Source of the DNA: Octopus bimaculoides
Taxonomy: Eukaryota
Assembly: GCF_001194135.2 (NCBI RefSeq)
Contig: NC_068992.1
Coordinates: 2,619,078 to 2,683,077 of the forward strand
DNA length: 64,000 nucleotides
Direction: 5' to 3'
In this document: piece by piece, positions 36,821-49,630 of the stretch
Position numbering within the stretch: the first letter of the stretch is position 1
Layout of the letters: every line of letters starts with the position of its first letter
Program-made: the position numbers and the translations under genes
The notes under the pieces: model-generated
Seen by the model: only the letters and a program-made list of their open reading frames with translations
Told to the model about the DNA's origin: nothing
Databases searched by the model: none

Positions 36821-37903
36821 GGTGAGGGATGGGGTGGAATGGGGGTTCAGTAGGGATCAGAGAGGTGGAAGGGCGTTATGAAATGGGGGAACCTGTAGGG
36901 GCCTAAAAGTAAATTAATTTTCTATGATTAATTCTTTAACCACTCGTTAGCCTTTTTTTGGAAAATGAGTAATAGCCAGAAAATAACTGGAACTTACCAA
37001 AATGTGTTTTGGGAGTGGGGTGGGGAATAGTGAACTGCAATCAGTATTAGGGAATCTACATGGTATCATATTTCAATCCCCTTATTCCAAGTACAAGTTT
37101 TGAATATTTTACCATTCCATACTTGATAAAATCACTTCCATTATTTGGTTTTGGCTACAGTGCCATCATTCATCTTCAGATACGTTGATAATTTATGCAT
37201 TATCATTTGAAATACATTTGTTTTGTTTTTGTTATTTTGTTTTAGATGTAATGCTTATTGATGTGACGGCTATTGCAAATTTAGTTATAGAAGAAATGGT
37301 TTCCCGGCTGGGTGCTCTTCCTGCTGATACCAATTTAAACAAGAAGCTAGATCAGAACCTTAGAAGCAGAATTGGACACCTCGTGCACTGATGCAAAATG
37401 AAGGCTATGGTTAAAGACCAAAAAAAAATAGACAGATAAAGCTTCATTTGTAGGGAAGTTGAGAGGTTAGTGATAAAACTGAACTTAGCCTTTGAGTGAG
37501 AACGTCTGTAAGTGCTTTCTCTAGAAAGCACAAGTTCAATATCCAATATGTGATAGATTTTTCTTTTTCTTTTACCTGTTACATGAAACAAATATAGTCA
37601 CATACCAAGTCAGGATTTCTCTGAATTACAATAAGAATATTCTTCAGAAATCTGTTGATACATAACTTCAATAGTGTTGAAATGAGAACAAAGATAGAAA
37701 AACTTGATTCTTCACTGTATCCAGTATTATGAATCTAATCCAAGAAGTTCAAATTTTCATTTTTTCCAGCCAGTGTCTAATGAAATAAAACCCAAAACGT
37801 AAGATTCTTGTATAAAATGGAATAATAATAATAATGATAAGATGCAAATAATAATAATAATAATAAGATGCAAATATCATATTGAAGATAATAATAATAA
37901 TAA

Positions 37904-38411
37904 TAAGATGCAAATATCATATTGAAAGATTTCAAACAAAAATCATGCCTCCTCATTGATATGACTGTCCCAATCGATATAAACGTATCTGTCAAGACCT
38001 ACCAAAAACTGAGCAAATATAAAGATCTTGAAATAGAAATTGGCAAAATGTGGAACCTGAAGACTAAAACAGTACCTGTTGTCATAGGTGCCCTAGGAAT
38101 GATAGCAAAAGGGGCTGATTGCTACCTAGCTTAGATACTAGGAAACACCAAAATGGCTGAAGTTCAAAAGATAGTGCTCATGGGAACTGCCCATATCCTA
38201 CATAAAATACTATGTGACCTCAAATTTTAAAACAAACACATAATTTTCTTATGGTTTCTTAAACATTCTCTAGGACAACACTATGTACAAATCCAAATAT
38301 ATGGCACCCTAGGCATAACACCAGCATGAACTTCTAACTTGTTGTCTCTTGAGGTCTCTGGGTGAGACTTGGATCCAACTTGTACAAATGCAAAGCAAAA
38401 GTCAAACATAA

Positions 38412-38462
<51 letters not shown>
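37904..38462 (+). mobile_element. 5'-truncated R4/Dong-like RLE retrotransposon in a (TAA)n target, with 3' UTR and (TAA)n tail
   Basis: IILKDFKQKSCLLIDMTVPIDINVSVKTYQKLSKYKDLEIEIGKMWNLKTKTVPVVIGALG..*ILGNTKMAEVQKIVLMGTAHILHKIL, a PD-(D/E)xK RLE domain. (TAA)n on both sides. Confidence 0.9.
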
Positions 38463-38621
38463 CGTGAATTTTCTTTGGATAGACTTTTAATTTTTGGCAG
38501 CTGGTCCTTTACTGTTTTTAGTAAGTTGATGGGGAATTCTGGTGAATATTACAGCATTTCCTCAGTGTTCTAAGATTATCACCTGACATTTACAAGCAGT
38601 GCCATGCTTTTTGTTGTTTTT

Positions 38622-38671
<50 letters not shown>

Positions 38672-39007
38672 TGCGTGCGTGTGAGAGAGAGAGAGATAAG
38701 TAGATTGTTGTCACCATAGTAACTAATGAAAAATTTCACTATATAAGTCTCCTATTTAAAAAAAGGTATGTGCATGATTAACAAATAATATTTTTACCTG
38801 CAGCATAGTAACAAGTAAAAAAATAATATTCTCTAAAATGGATCGATTTCAAATATTTCTACTTTTTATGTATAACTTACATCCTTGATGAGCGGATCTA
38901 TGTATGTATTTAATTTCACAAACCCAACCAAGTTTCTTTTCCTTATTTGGCAAACCAACTGTGCAAAAATACTTTGTAAATCTCGCTTTAGGTTCATATT
39001 ATAAGTA

Positions 39008-39328
39008 GGAGGTGCATGGCTCAGTGGTTAGAGCATCAGGTTCACAATCACGAGATAGTGAGTTCGATTTCTGGACCAGGCTGTGTGTTGTGTTCTTGAA
39101 CAAGACACTTTACTTCAAGTTGCTCCACTTCACTCTGTAGAAATGAATTGTGACATCACTGGTGCCGAGCTGTATCAGTCTTTGCCTTTTCCTTGGACAA
39201 CATCAGTGGCAGGGAGAGAGGAGGCTGGCATGCCAGGGCAACCGCTGGTCTTCCATAAATAACCTTGGCCAGAGAGGAACTTTCTAGCTGAAATCCCATG
39301 GTCATTCATGACCGAAGGGGGTCTTTAC
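39008..39328 (+). mobile_element. SINE family D, near full length
   Basis: GGAGGTGCATGGCTCAGTGGTTAGAGC..GAGTTCGATTTC..GACCGAAGGGGGTCTTTAC. Confidence 0.88.
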
Positions 39329-40462
39329 TTCTTTCTATAGCTCAAAATCCTCTAGAATTGATCCCTAATTTACCATCTTGCAATTTTGGGACACCATTTT
39401 TAATGTGACATGTTGATATATAACTGATTGCTTCAGGCTACTTAGAATTAACATTTACTTGTTATTTTACCATTCCTCAGCCTGATATCAAGTGGAATGG
39501 AATAAAAGAAAGATATAAAATAAAAAACAAATGTTTGATGAAAGACATCAGTAACAAATATGAAAGACCAAGTAAAATCATGGAAAGCTTTCCTTTCTGC
39601 TAGCTTTCCAAAAAATCTGTCTACAGACAGCTGTGGAAAAAGACTGGTAAATATTTCACCATTATCAGATATGAAAATGGAATCGGCAGAAAATTTGTCG
39701 AAGGACTTGGAATCCTTATTTAGCTAATGGAAATGTTTGAGATTCTGTATTGGAATTTCCCTGACTAGGGACATTGAAGAGAAATGGAGAAAGAGAATGT
39801 AGAATCTCTTTCTGTGAGTGTGGAACCATCTAAGGCTAGACTCACTCACCGGTTTGTCCTTTACAGGATTTTTGTTGGTATTTCAATGATTTGAGGAATA
39901 ATTCAAAACAAGGTGCAAGTTTGCGTAAAAATTAAAATGATGCAGATGTCAAATAAAGAGCCATTAATAGGGTTTGTATTTGACCCAGTTGATAAAACGT
40001 GTTTGGAAAATTTACCTTTTTGCTTTGGTAAAAGTAATCGATATTTAGCAACATTTGAGTGAATCTAAAACAAGAGAATGAAAGGGTTAATGTTGAGCAA
40101 TGTTTTGTAAGAACAAGTAGCAAAGTAATGACAAAGAAAGTGGAAAATTAATTAGACCAAAACTAAATTAAAGGACACAGTTGATTTGCTTTCAGCTATT
40201 TCACTGAAATTGAAACCATTTTTTTTTCCTCAAAGCATTGAAAAAATGAAAGCTTTGGAATATAATTTCTCCTTTTAATTTCACTTAGCAGGGGTTTCTC
40301 ACTCTTTATTTCTCATTCTCTCCCTCTCTCTCTCTCTCTCTTTCTCTCTTTGATCTTTCTTTATTTTCTGCCTGTTTTAGTTTTCTTTTCTATTTTGTGT
40401 TTATTTTTTCAAGCTTACTCTTGCCCTTAGCATTTTTACTTTAAATCTTTTGCCCTCACTCA

Positions 40463-40494
<32 letters not shown>

Positions 40495-41184
40495 ACACAC
40501 AGCCCACACACAACACACACACACACAAATCATTCCAATCACATGATCACACCGCTTACATACACACATGTATAATTCACACATATACACGCACACGCAA
40601 ATACCACATATATGAACATATGCAGCCTCACACACACTCACACCCCACACATATCACACCCATATACATCACAAACACACACACATACATGCAACCATAT
40701 ATACACATACATACACAAACATTAGCAGTTTCTATATAAGGTTATTTCTGTAGGATATGTTAAGTTTGTTTGTTTGTTTTTTTTTCCTGATCAAAGCCAT
40801 CTTTCTGTTGGAATCATTTCTCATTTATACTGTGACAACACAAACAGGTGAAACAAAATGTTGCAACACCCTACTGGGTTGTTGGATTTTTGAGTATACA
40901 TCCGGATCTTTATTGCTTTTTTTTAGTGATTACTCTTGTAATGCCATCCACATCTCATATGGATTCAGGCAAAGTTGTGTGGCCTTTGATGGAGCAAGTG
41001 TCTTTTAGCGTACCTTCTGGCTAATCAATAATTTGTAAATAGATGCGGCAATAAGCTGGAAGAATTGTTGACACATTGGGAAAAATGCAGAGCAGTATTT
41101 CACCCATCTTTATGTCTAAGTTCAAACTCTGCTCAGATCAACTTTGCCTTGTATCTTTTCAGGGTCGATAAAATAAGTACCAAG

Positions 41185-41540
41185 TTCTTTTCAAGCACTG
41201 GGCCTCATGGAGGCAAAGTGGCTAAGTCCCTTTCGTGTGTTGAGCCTCATGGAGGCAATGACCAAGACCTTTGGCATTGTGTCATGCTTGAGAAGAAAAC
41301 CCATGAAACCGAGCAAAATCACAGTCACTGGTGTCACATAAATGGCCCCCGTGCTGGTGGCATGTAAAAGCATCCATTACACTCTGAGTGGTTGGCATTA
41401 GGAAGGGCATCCAGCCATAGAAAACCATGCCAAATCAGGCTGGGGCCTGGTGCAGCCTTCCAGCATGCCAGTCCAGTCAAACCATCCAACCCATGCCAGC
41501 AAGGACAATGGATGTTAAAATGATGATAATGATGATGATC
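41185..41540 (+). mobile_element. RTE 3' end with (GAT)n tail
   Basis: GGCCTCATGGAGGCAA duplicated, then CTTGAGAAGA.. and GGCATTAGGAAGGGCATCCAGCCATAG. Confidence 0.8.
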
Positions 41541-41622
41541 ACTGGAATTGATGTAACTGACTCACCCCTTCCCTGAAATTGCTGGCCTTGTGCCAAAATT
41601 TGAAATCAATATTTTGTAATTA

Positions 41623-41845
41623 GAAGGTGGAAAGCTGGCAGAGTCGTTAGCATGCCAGGTGAAATACTTAGTGGTATTTCATCAGCCTTTGCGTTCTGAG
41701 TTCAAATTCCACCAAGGTCGACTTTGCCTTTCATCCTTGCAGAGTGGATAAAATAAATACCAGTTGAATACTGGGGTTGATGTAATTGACTTAACACTTC
41801 CCACAAAATTGCTGGCCTTGTGCCAAAATTTGGAACCAATATTTT
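41623..41845 (+). mobile_element. SINE family C, full length (partial copies at about 41130-41185 and 41540-41615)
   Basis: AAGGTGGAAAGCTGGCAGAGTCGTTAGC..GAGTTCAAATTCCACCAAGGTCGACTTTGCCTTTCATCC..GGCCTTGTGCCAAAATTTG. Confidence 0.88.
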
Positions 41846-42544
41846 ATAAATGAAATTTATCAGACAGAAATTATGCAGAAGTCTGTCATATTCTGTTAAC
41901 ATCTATGAGAAAAATGGTGATTATATGTAAGATTTTTTTTTTTAAAGTTTAGAATATGATTTCATAGCATTGTTGATGCCTGAATTTCAGTGATGTAGGT
42001 TTGTCATTTAGTTGGAAATTAACCCTCTCTTTTTTAATGGAATTAATCCAAAAATAAATAAGGGAAATATATAAACATAATAAACAGCAGCCAGTAAAGT
42101 AATTAGTTTAGTTACTGATGAAAGAATATTAACGATGCTGTGTAGAGATTTATGATAGCTTCATAACATATATGTTGTTCTTCACAGACTGGGATCATAA
42201 ACGGATAAATTATGATACTGCATGACTAGTTACAGTTTAAAATAATAAATACATTAAGATTTACTGTAATAATTCTCTTGCTGCAGGGTTTGTAGATAAT
42301 TATTTATGCTGAGTTGTTGCCTAATTCACACTTGGTTGTACATTAGATTTTGTGTGTGTTGGTTGTTCCATGTTAATGGAGCTGAGCACATCACTGGCTA
42401 CATGAAACCTGATGAAACCATCTGTTTGAAACTTGTTGACAGTTTTGGATTTTAACCTCCAAATCACTTTACAGAATCACTAAACAGATTTAAAATAAAT
42501 ATTTTACTTTATTTACTGAACACATACACACACAGGTAGACACA

Positions 42545-42581
<37 letters not shown>

Positions 42582-42649
42582 AGACATAGATTTACACACA
42601 CATTTGCAAACTTACATATGATTCAGCATATTCACGTCTCTGTTATTAT

Positions 42650-43043
42650 GTTTCACTTGTTTCAATCATTTGATTGTGGCCATGCTGGAGCACCACCTTG
42701 AAGGGTTTTAGTTAAGCAAATCAACACCAGGACTTTTTTTCTTAAACCTAGTACTTATTTTATCAGTCTCATTTGTCGAACTGCTAGGCTACAGGGACAT
42801 AAACACACCAACACTGGCTGACAAGCGGTGGCGGGGGACAAATACAGACACAAAGACACACTCACCCATAGATACATACATGCACATATACAACGGGCTT
42901 CTTTCAGTTTCCATTTACTAAATCCACTCACAAGGCTTTGGTTGATATAAGGCTATAGTAGACACTTGGCCAAGGCACCACACAATGGAGCTGAACCTTC
43001 AGCCATGTGGTTGGGAAGCGAGCTTCCTACCACAGTCACACCA
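42650..43043 (-). mobile_element. SINE family B, full length
   Basis: Reverse complement of the 31259-type element, including tail GGTGGTGCTCCAGCATGGCCAC. Confidence 0.85.
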
Positions 43044-44147
43044 TGTAAACATTTGTATATGTTCATAGACTAACTTGCTTCGTTACCATCACCTCTGCCA
43101 CCACCACCACCACCGCCACCGCCACCACCACCGCCACCACTGCCACCACCACCACCACCACCATCATCACCACAANNNNNNNNNNNNNNNNNNNNNNNNN
43201 NNNNNNNNNNNNNNNNNNNNNNNNNNNNNNNNNNNNNNNNNNNNNNNNNNNNNNNNNNNNNNNNNNNNNNNNNNNNNNNNNNNNNNNNNNNNNNNNNNNN
43301 NNNNNNNNNNNNNNNNNNNNNNNNNNNNNNNNNNNNNNNNNNNNNNNNNNNNNNNNNNNNNNNNNNNNNNNNNNNNNNNNNNNNNNNNNNNNNNNNNNNN
43401 NNNNNNNNNNNNNNNNNNNNNNNNNNNNNNNNNNNNNNNNNNNNNNNNNNNNNNNNNNNNNNNNNNNNNNNNNNNNNNNNNNNNNNNNNNNNNNNNNNNN
43501 NNNNNNNNNNNNNNNNNNNNNNNNNNNNNNNNNNNNNNNNNNNNNNNNNNNNNNNNNNNNNNNNNNNNNNNNNNNNNNNNNNNNNNNNNNNNNNNNNNNN
43601 NNNNNNNNNNNNNNNNNNNNNNNNNNNNNNNNNNNNNNNNNNNNNNNNNNNNNNNNNNNNNNNNNNNNNNNNNNNNNNNNNNNNNNNNNNNNNNNNNNNN
43701 NNNNNNNNNNNNNNNNNNNNNNNNNNNNNNNNNNNNNNNNNNNNNNNNNNNNNNNNNNNNNNNNNNNNNNNNNNNNNNNNNNNNNNNNNNNNNNNNNNNN
43801 NNNNNNNNNNNNNNNNNNNNNNNNNNNNNNNNNNNNNNNNNNNNNNGGTGGTGGCGGTGGCGGTGGTGGTGGTGGTGCTGGATATGATGGGTATTGATTC
43901 GACTGACAAATTGAATTATGTTGAGTGTTTTAAAATCCTATTACCCTTAATGTGTTCCCATAAATAACGGCGTTGACAATTCCGGTTTGTTTACAGGCTT
44001 CCATAGATTTCCGACAACCGTTTCTTAAACATCTAATTTGAGAGAGGTTTTTTTCCTTGGGAGCCATTGACCACATCTTCTCAACAACAAAAATAATACA
44101 CAAATGTGTGTTTGTGTGTGTGTGTGTGTGCGTGTGTATGTAATATA

Positions 44148-44536
44148 AATTCCAAATTTTGGCACAAGGCCAGCAATTTCACTGGTGCTTATTTAATCGA
44201 CCCTGAGAGGATGAAAGGCAAAGTTGATCCTAGTAGGATTTGAACTCAGTACCTATAGATAGATGAAATGCCGCTAAGCATTTCATCCAGAAATGTTAGC
44301 GATTCTGTGCATGTAATATCCTTCCTGCTATGGCAACAAGGCCTAAAATTTGAGGGAAGGGGGATAGTCAATTATGTCAACCGTAGCACTTAACTTAAGT
44401 GCTTATTTTATTGAGCCAGAGACAATGAAAGGCTAAGTTGATCTTGGCGGAATTTGAACTCAGAGCATAAAGACAGATGAAATGTCATTAAGCGTTTTTG
44501 CCCAGCATGCTAACTAGTCTGCCAGCTCATTGCCTT
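44148..44536 (-). mobile_element. two tandem SINE family C copies
   Basis: ATGAAAGGCAAAGTTGATC..GGATTTGAACTCAG at about 44210-44250 and again at about 44425-44465. Confidence 0.8.
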
Positions 44537-44539
44537 GTG

Positions 44540-44883
44540 TATGTGTGGGGGGGTGAATGTGAGGGTAGGTGGGTGTTGGTGTGTGGATGGGTGTGTGAGG
44601 GTGCACGTGTGTGTGGGTGGGTGTATGCATGTGTGTATGTGGCTGTGTGGGGGGTGCATGTGCATGTGTGTGTATGGGTGTGGGTGTGTGGGGGAGTATG
44701 AGTGTGGGTGTGTGCATGTGTGTGTNNNNNNNNNNGTGTCTGTGCATGGGTGTGTGTGTCTTATGTGCATACATGTGTATGCATGTGTGTATGTGGCTGT
44801 GTGGGGGGTGCATGTGCATGTGTGTGTATGGGTGTGGGTGTGTGGGGGAGTATGAGTGTGGGTGTGTGCATGTGTGTGTCTTA

Positions 44884-44930
<47 letters not shown>
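44540..44930. repeat. GT/G-rich minisatellite, unit repeated across a 10-N gap
   Basis: GTATGTGGCTGTGTGGGGGGTGCATGTGCATG.. occurs twice. Confidence 0.8.
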
Positions 44931-46104
44931 ATAATATCAACAATTCATGTGACTCCCAGCATTTGCAGTCCTATTCAACCCATTTCAGTGATGGAAAAAT
45001 GATTAAAATGAATGAGATAAAAAGAAAACAAAAAAAAGCTAAAACAAACAAAAAAAAATCTGGATATTCTTAAAAGAAAAGGAAACTGAATTGTTATGAA
45101 CTTGTGATGACTCTGGGGATGATTTTTAGATTAGGAATTTGAATCACCACCACCACCGCTGCCGCCAATACCACCACCACAGCCATAGTGTTGCTGTTAG
45201 TATTGAAGGAAATAACAAGGAATTTCCAATTATTATAATGATGATAGAAATGATGAACTTGAATTCACTTTGAAGTTGGTGGTGGTGGTGGTGGTGTTTG
45301 TCGTCATCGTTGTCGAGGTGGTAGTGGTGGTGGTAGTTTTGATGGTGAGTGTGATGATGGCTGATTTCTTTTTTTAATAATGAAGAACTTCTTAAAAATA
45401 AGGATGAGTGTGAGCGAGAATGAACAAAGCAAGGTCATTTCAAATGTATGAAAGCAAAAAAGAGAATTTTTTAAATGGCACTCAAGAGTAGAGAGAGAGA
45501 GAAAGAGGGTAGCTGTTCAAATCACAATTGTGGTAGTTATCATTGTAACGCTCTTTGAAGTCTTCAAGCCATTTTGAAATCTTTCATGCTGATGAGGCAA
45601 TCGTACAACTAAATGTCACTCATAGAACACCTTCCATTGCTGCTGCTGTAATCAAAGTCCCTTAATAACAAGATAATAGTTGGAGGCAATCTTTAAGTTA
45701 CCATGATGAGGAAGATTTTAAAGTTTTTTCTTTTTTCCCCTTTGTGGTAAGTGGAACTTTAAAATGTCTGTTTGTGTTTACATAAGGGAGTTTTCACCAG
45801 TCGATCTGTTGTAATTATTAAAAGGTTATTAATTCATTCCGATAAACCCTCAAAGAAACATCTTGCGAAAGATGTCATCGAATGTTTTTGCTGTAGTTGT
45901 ATAATGTATTTATGGAAAACACAATTATTCACAGCGAAGCCATTTCGGCAAAACATGAAAAACGAATCAGATGAACAATTCATTTATTTGTTTCATTGAG
46001 AGGAAATAGAACAATACTCATCTGCTTCTTCTACTGCTGTCCTCTATTTGTCCTCCACAGACATTTTACTTCACAACATTAGTCAAATAACCCATCGATA
46101 TATA

Positions 46105-46321
46105 CAATGAGGTGCTGAAAAGCTCCTAGCTTTAAGGGTATCGTGAAAGTACTGGCTGGAGGTACAACCTACTGAATTCTTTAACAGGGTTTAGAGAAAC
46201 TGAAGGACCACTGTAATAGGTGTGTGAATCCGAGAGGGGAATATGCTAAATATAATCATAATTGACTGATCCTCCAGTATTTTCTTCTCCCCAAAGCCAG
46301 GAACTTTTCAGCACCCCCTAG
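46105..46321 (+). mobile_element. mariner-derived MITE, TA target duplication
   Basis: TA|CAATGAGGTGCTGAAAAGCTCCTAGCTTT ... AAAGCCAGGAACTTTTCAGCACCCCCTAG|TA. Internal LEKLKDHCNRCVNPRG resembles a mariner transposase C-terminus. Confidence 0.88.
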
Positions 46322-46574
46322 TATATATATATGATGGACTCTCCCATCAATGACAACATATGAGTGTCCAGCTTTTTGCCAAATGACCAGCACAAATGTT
46401 TTGTTTATGGTGATCAAATGTCCATGCCTCACGTTAGCTCACTCCCTGCATCAAATCGATGTTGTGTGAACAGGTGCCCTGTGTGCCACACCTCAAGTGT
46501 TGAAGTGATCACAGAGCAGCACGGGATGAAGTACACAATGATCTCAAGTAGGTAACTTTACCTTTTTGCTTTAC

Positions 46575-46791
46575 CTCTCCACAACCACTGATGTTCTCCA
46601 AGGGAAAGGCAAAGGGGCCGATACAGCTTGGCACGAGTGACGTCACAACTCATTTCTACAGCTGAGTTAACTGGAGCAATGTGAAATAAAGTGTCTTGCT
46701 CAAGAACACAGCACACAGCCCAGTCTGGGAATCGAACTCACTACCTCATGATTGTGAGCCTGACGCTCTTACCACTGAACCATGCTCCTTC
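46575..46791 (-). mobile_element. SINE family D (5' portion)
   Basis: Nearly identical in places to 10180-10392. Confidence 0.85.
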
Positions 46792-47095
46792 ACACATACA
46801 TACATCTACATAAATGCATTGCATATGTACATAAGTGTGTGTAAATGAGAGAGGGGTGAGATGGCGAAGGAAAGAAAAGAAGGAGGAGAGGAGAAGAAGC
46901 ATCGACAGTTAAAAGACATGCAAGAATCGGTAGAAGCATAAAAGAAGCAAGAGTGATGCATCTCTCATCCTAATGCTATTAACTTTGTGAAGAATACATC
47001 AGTCATGAATTGCTGATTGTATTAAGAGGATGTGTTTTCTGTTTGTTGTCATTTGTAAGTATTTAACAAGTGGGAGCAGATTAGAAAGGTGATAC

Positions 47096-47133
<38 letters not shown>

Positions 47134-47362
47134 AGAGAGAGAGAGAGAGAGTGACAGTGCACTGGAGGTGGGCGGAGATTTAGTGAGAAAGAGAGGGAGA
47201 TCGTTAAGAAGGAAAAGACATAAATCAGAATATAAGTTTTCTGTTGATCAGTCTTCACCAAATTGCTATGCAATTCTTGGTAAGTGAATTGTACAACCAG
47301 TACATCAAACTGAAGAATTATTATGTTATTATCCAAACCTGGATACATGTACAGTGTATGTG

Positions 47363-47401
<39 letters not shown>

Positions 47402-47499
47402 ACATATATGTATGTTTATATGCATGTATGTATGTTTTATAGGAAGCTTCTGATGGTTAAGCTTGGCCTTTTTTTCTGCATCTGTCTGCACAAGCAGAG

Positions 47500-48320
47500 T
47501 TTGTTTTGTGCCAAAGACTGACAGTTATCTGTATTTGTAAATTTCCCTTTTCCACATCCCCAATGTTATTCAACAGATCAAACGAGCTCTGTGAATTTTT
47601 CTGGACACTCTGGCTTCGAGGGTAAAAAGTTAGAAGTTGTGGCTACATTTTTCTTCCTTGGTAACACACTATCTAGATTTAATATACTTGATGAGGAAGT
47701 CAGTTATAGACCTTCTAAGTTCTGTGATGCATTTAGAAAGCTTGAATCAAAGCTCTGGTTACAATCAAACATCAAAGAATCAACAAAAGTTGAGATTTAC
47801 GAAGCATGTGTCCAAACAGTGCTATTGTATGGATGCAAGACCTGGACAACTTATTGCAGACATATCCAAAGTCTTGGGTGATTCCTCTAATGATGCATAA
47901 TGTCCTGAAGGTTTTATGGCAACTCATGTACTTGATAAGAGAGTACTGCAACTGGCAAAAAAGACAGGTATCATGTCTGTGATTATGAAACACCAACTTA
48001 GATGGTTTGGTCATCTTGTCCTAATTTAGAAGACACTTGCATACCAAAACAGGTGTTGTATGGTGACCTGGAGCAAGGAAAACATCTCCAGTGTAAGTTG
48101 CGCAAGTGTCTCAAAGACAATTTTAAAGACCCAATTAGAAAGATCAATATTCATACTAATACTTGGTAAGATCTTGCATCAGATAGGGAGTGACCAGTGC
48201 AGTGCAAAGACAATCCAATTCAACCACAAGTGTGGTAATGGAGGTGCCTCACCTTTGTTGATATAGTATCCAGTATGATCTCTTATGCACTTTATGTAGC
48301 AGAATGTGTGGGGCAACCAG
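47500..48320 (+). mobile_element. RTE (BovB-like) LINE, C-terminal part of ORF, frameshifted
   Basis: [64 protein letters not shown]. Confidence 0.85.
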
Positions 48321-48639
48321 TGGACTCACTCAGTGTTGTAGATCCCAGCATCAAGATGGTCAAGCTTTGCTGCTACTGAAGAACTGACTTGGGTATGACT
48401 TCTGAATTCCTTACAGATCATAGGAGCCATATGAGACTTCCTGATTAAACATACACACACATCTATATATGGATGCATATGTATGTGTACGTATGTATAT
48501 ATATCCGTCTGTGTGTGTGTGTATGCATGCAAGTCTATGTGTGTAAAAATATATATATATGTATGTATAAAGTTTTATCCATAACCATGAGCACATCAAA
48601 ATATATTTTGTCAACTGTTCAAGGACCTAACAACAAACT

Positions 48640-49400
48640 TTTGTACTTGAAATTCAGCTCTGTTCATTGGGGACATTTCACATGACAGATTATTGCAGCA
48701 AGTTCAAGTAAATGGGACTAGATACAATACTGTCCAAAAAGAATGGTCCCATTAATCCTTTTGATGATAAGCCACACCATATTGTAACTCCTAGTAAATT
48801 AACATGACATTCCTCTGTAAAATATAGATTCTGAGGTATCCAGTAGGTGCAACTGTGGGTAGTTAACTAAGCCATTTAATTTAATTAAATATAGCCTCAT
48901 CCCACCAAATAAACTTTATTGGAAAGTATGCTTCTTCTGTACAGCTTGTCAATTCCACTCACAAAACGCCACTCTTTAGTCTGGATTAAGTTCATTGAGA
49001 ACATGGAGTATTCTTGGAATATAACTTTTCCAATAGAAACACTTCAAAATGTCATAGACGATTGACATTGAATTTCTTATGATTGATTCCTACTCAAATT
49101 ATCTTGGACTCTGGTATTTCATTTCTGGTGGCCTTTCTTAGTTTAAAGGACTTTCTGATGCTTGTGGTCTTTCTAGCCATTTCTTTTGGACATGCAGAAC
49201 AGTTCCATCTGCTTCAAATTTAACTCTAATTCGAGTGATGGTAAGTGGCAATGATCGTTCTGTTTGAAATTCTTGTGTAAACTGACTTTGCCCTTCGACT
49301 GAATTTCCAAACTTCCTGCAGCACATTCTGGGAAATTTTCATTAGTTCAAAGCTTAGTGTAACTCTCTTCATTAATTCTAATGGGTTGAACTTGGTAAAT
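48640..49400 (-). mobile_element. Tc1/mariner transposase fossil (HTH plus first catalytic Asp region)
   Basis: KFGNSVEGQSQFTQEFQTE..LTITRIRVKFEADGTV, WKSYIPRILHVLNE..PD*RVAFCEW, IWWDEAIF, HSCTYW..HVNLLGVTIWCGLSSKGLMGPFF. Confidence 0.85.
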
Positions 49401-49432
49401 AAAGAACATTTATGCATCAATGCAGTATTGAG

Positions 49433-49441
<9 letters not shown>

Positions 49442-49518
<77 letters not shown>
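49442..49518. repeat. (TA)n microsatellite
   Basis: Read directly. Confidence 0.95.
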
Positions 49519-49521
<3 letters not shown>

Positions 49522-49590
49522 ATATATTCGCCATGATAGATCGCTAGCCACTAAACCTTTTTTATTTTCTCTCCCTGTTTTTTTCTGTGT

Positions 49591-49630
49591 TCTTTTCTGT
49601 CGAAGAGCATAGGTTCGAAACGTAAAAGAC
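49591..49630 (+). ncRNA. candidate variant minimal hammerhead (family H2, core CUGUCGA)
   Basis: TCTTTT-CTGTCGA-A-GAGC-ATAG-GTTC-GAAAC-GTA/AAAGAC. Same architecture as the family A ribozyme but with A6 replaced by U. Confidence 0.55.

Noticed and set aside
43085-43880. (CAC)n and (GGT)n tracts facing each other across a gap as a giant hairpin
   Set aside because: Orientation and distance depend on scaffolding across 671 Ns. Simple repeats commonly terminate contigs.
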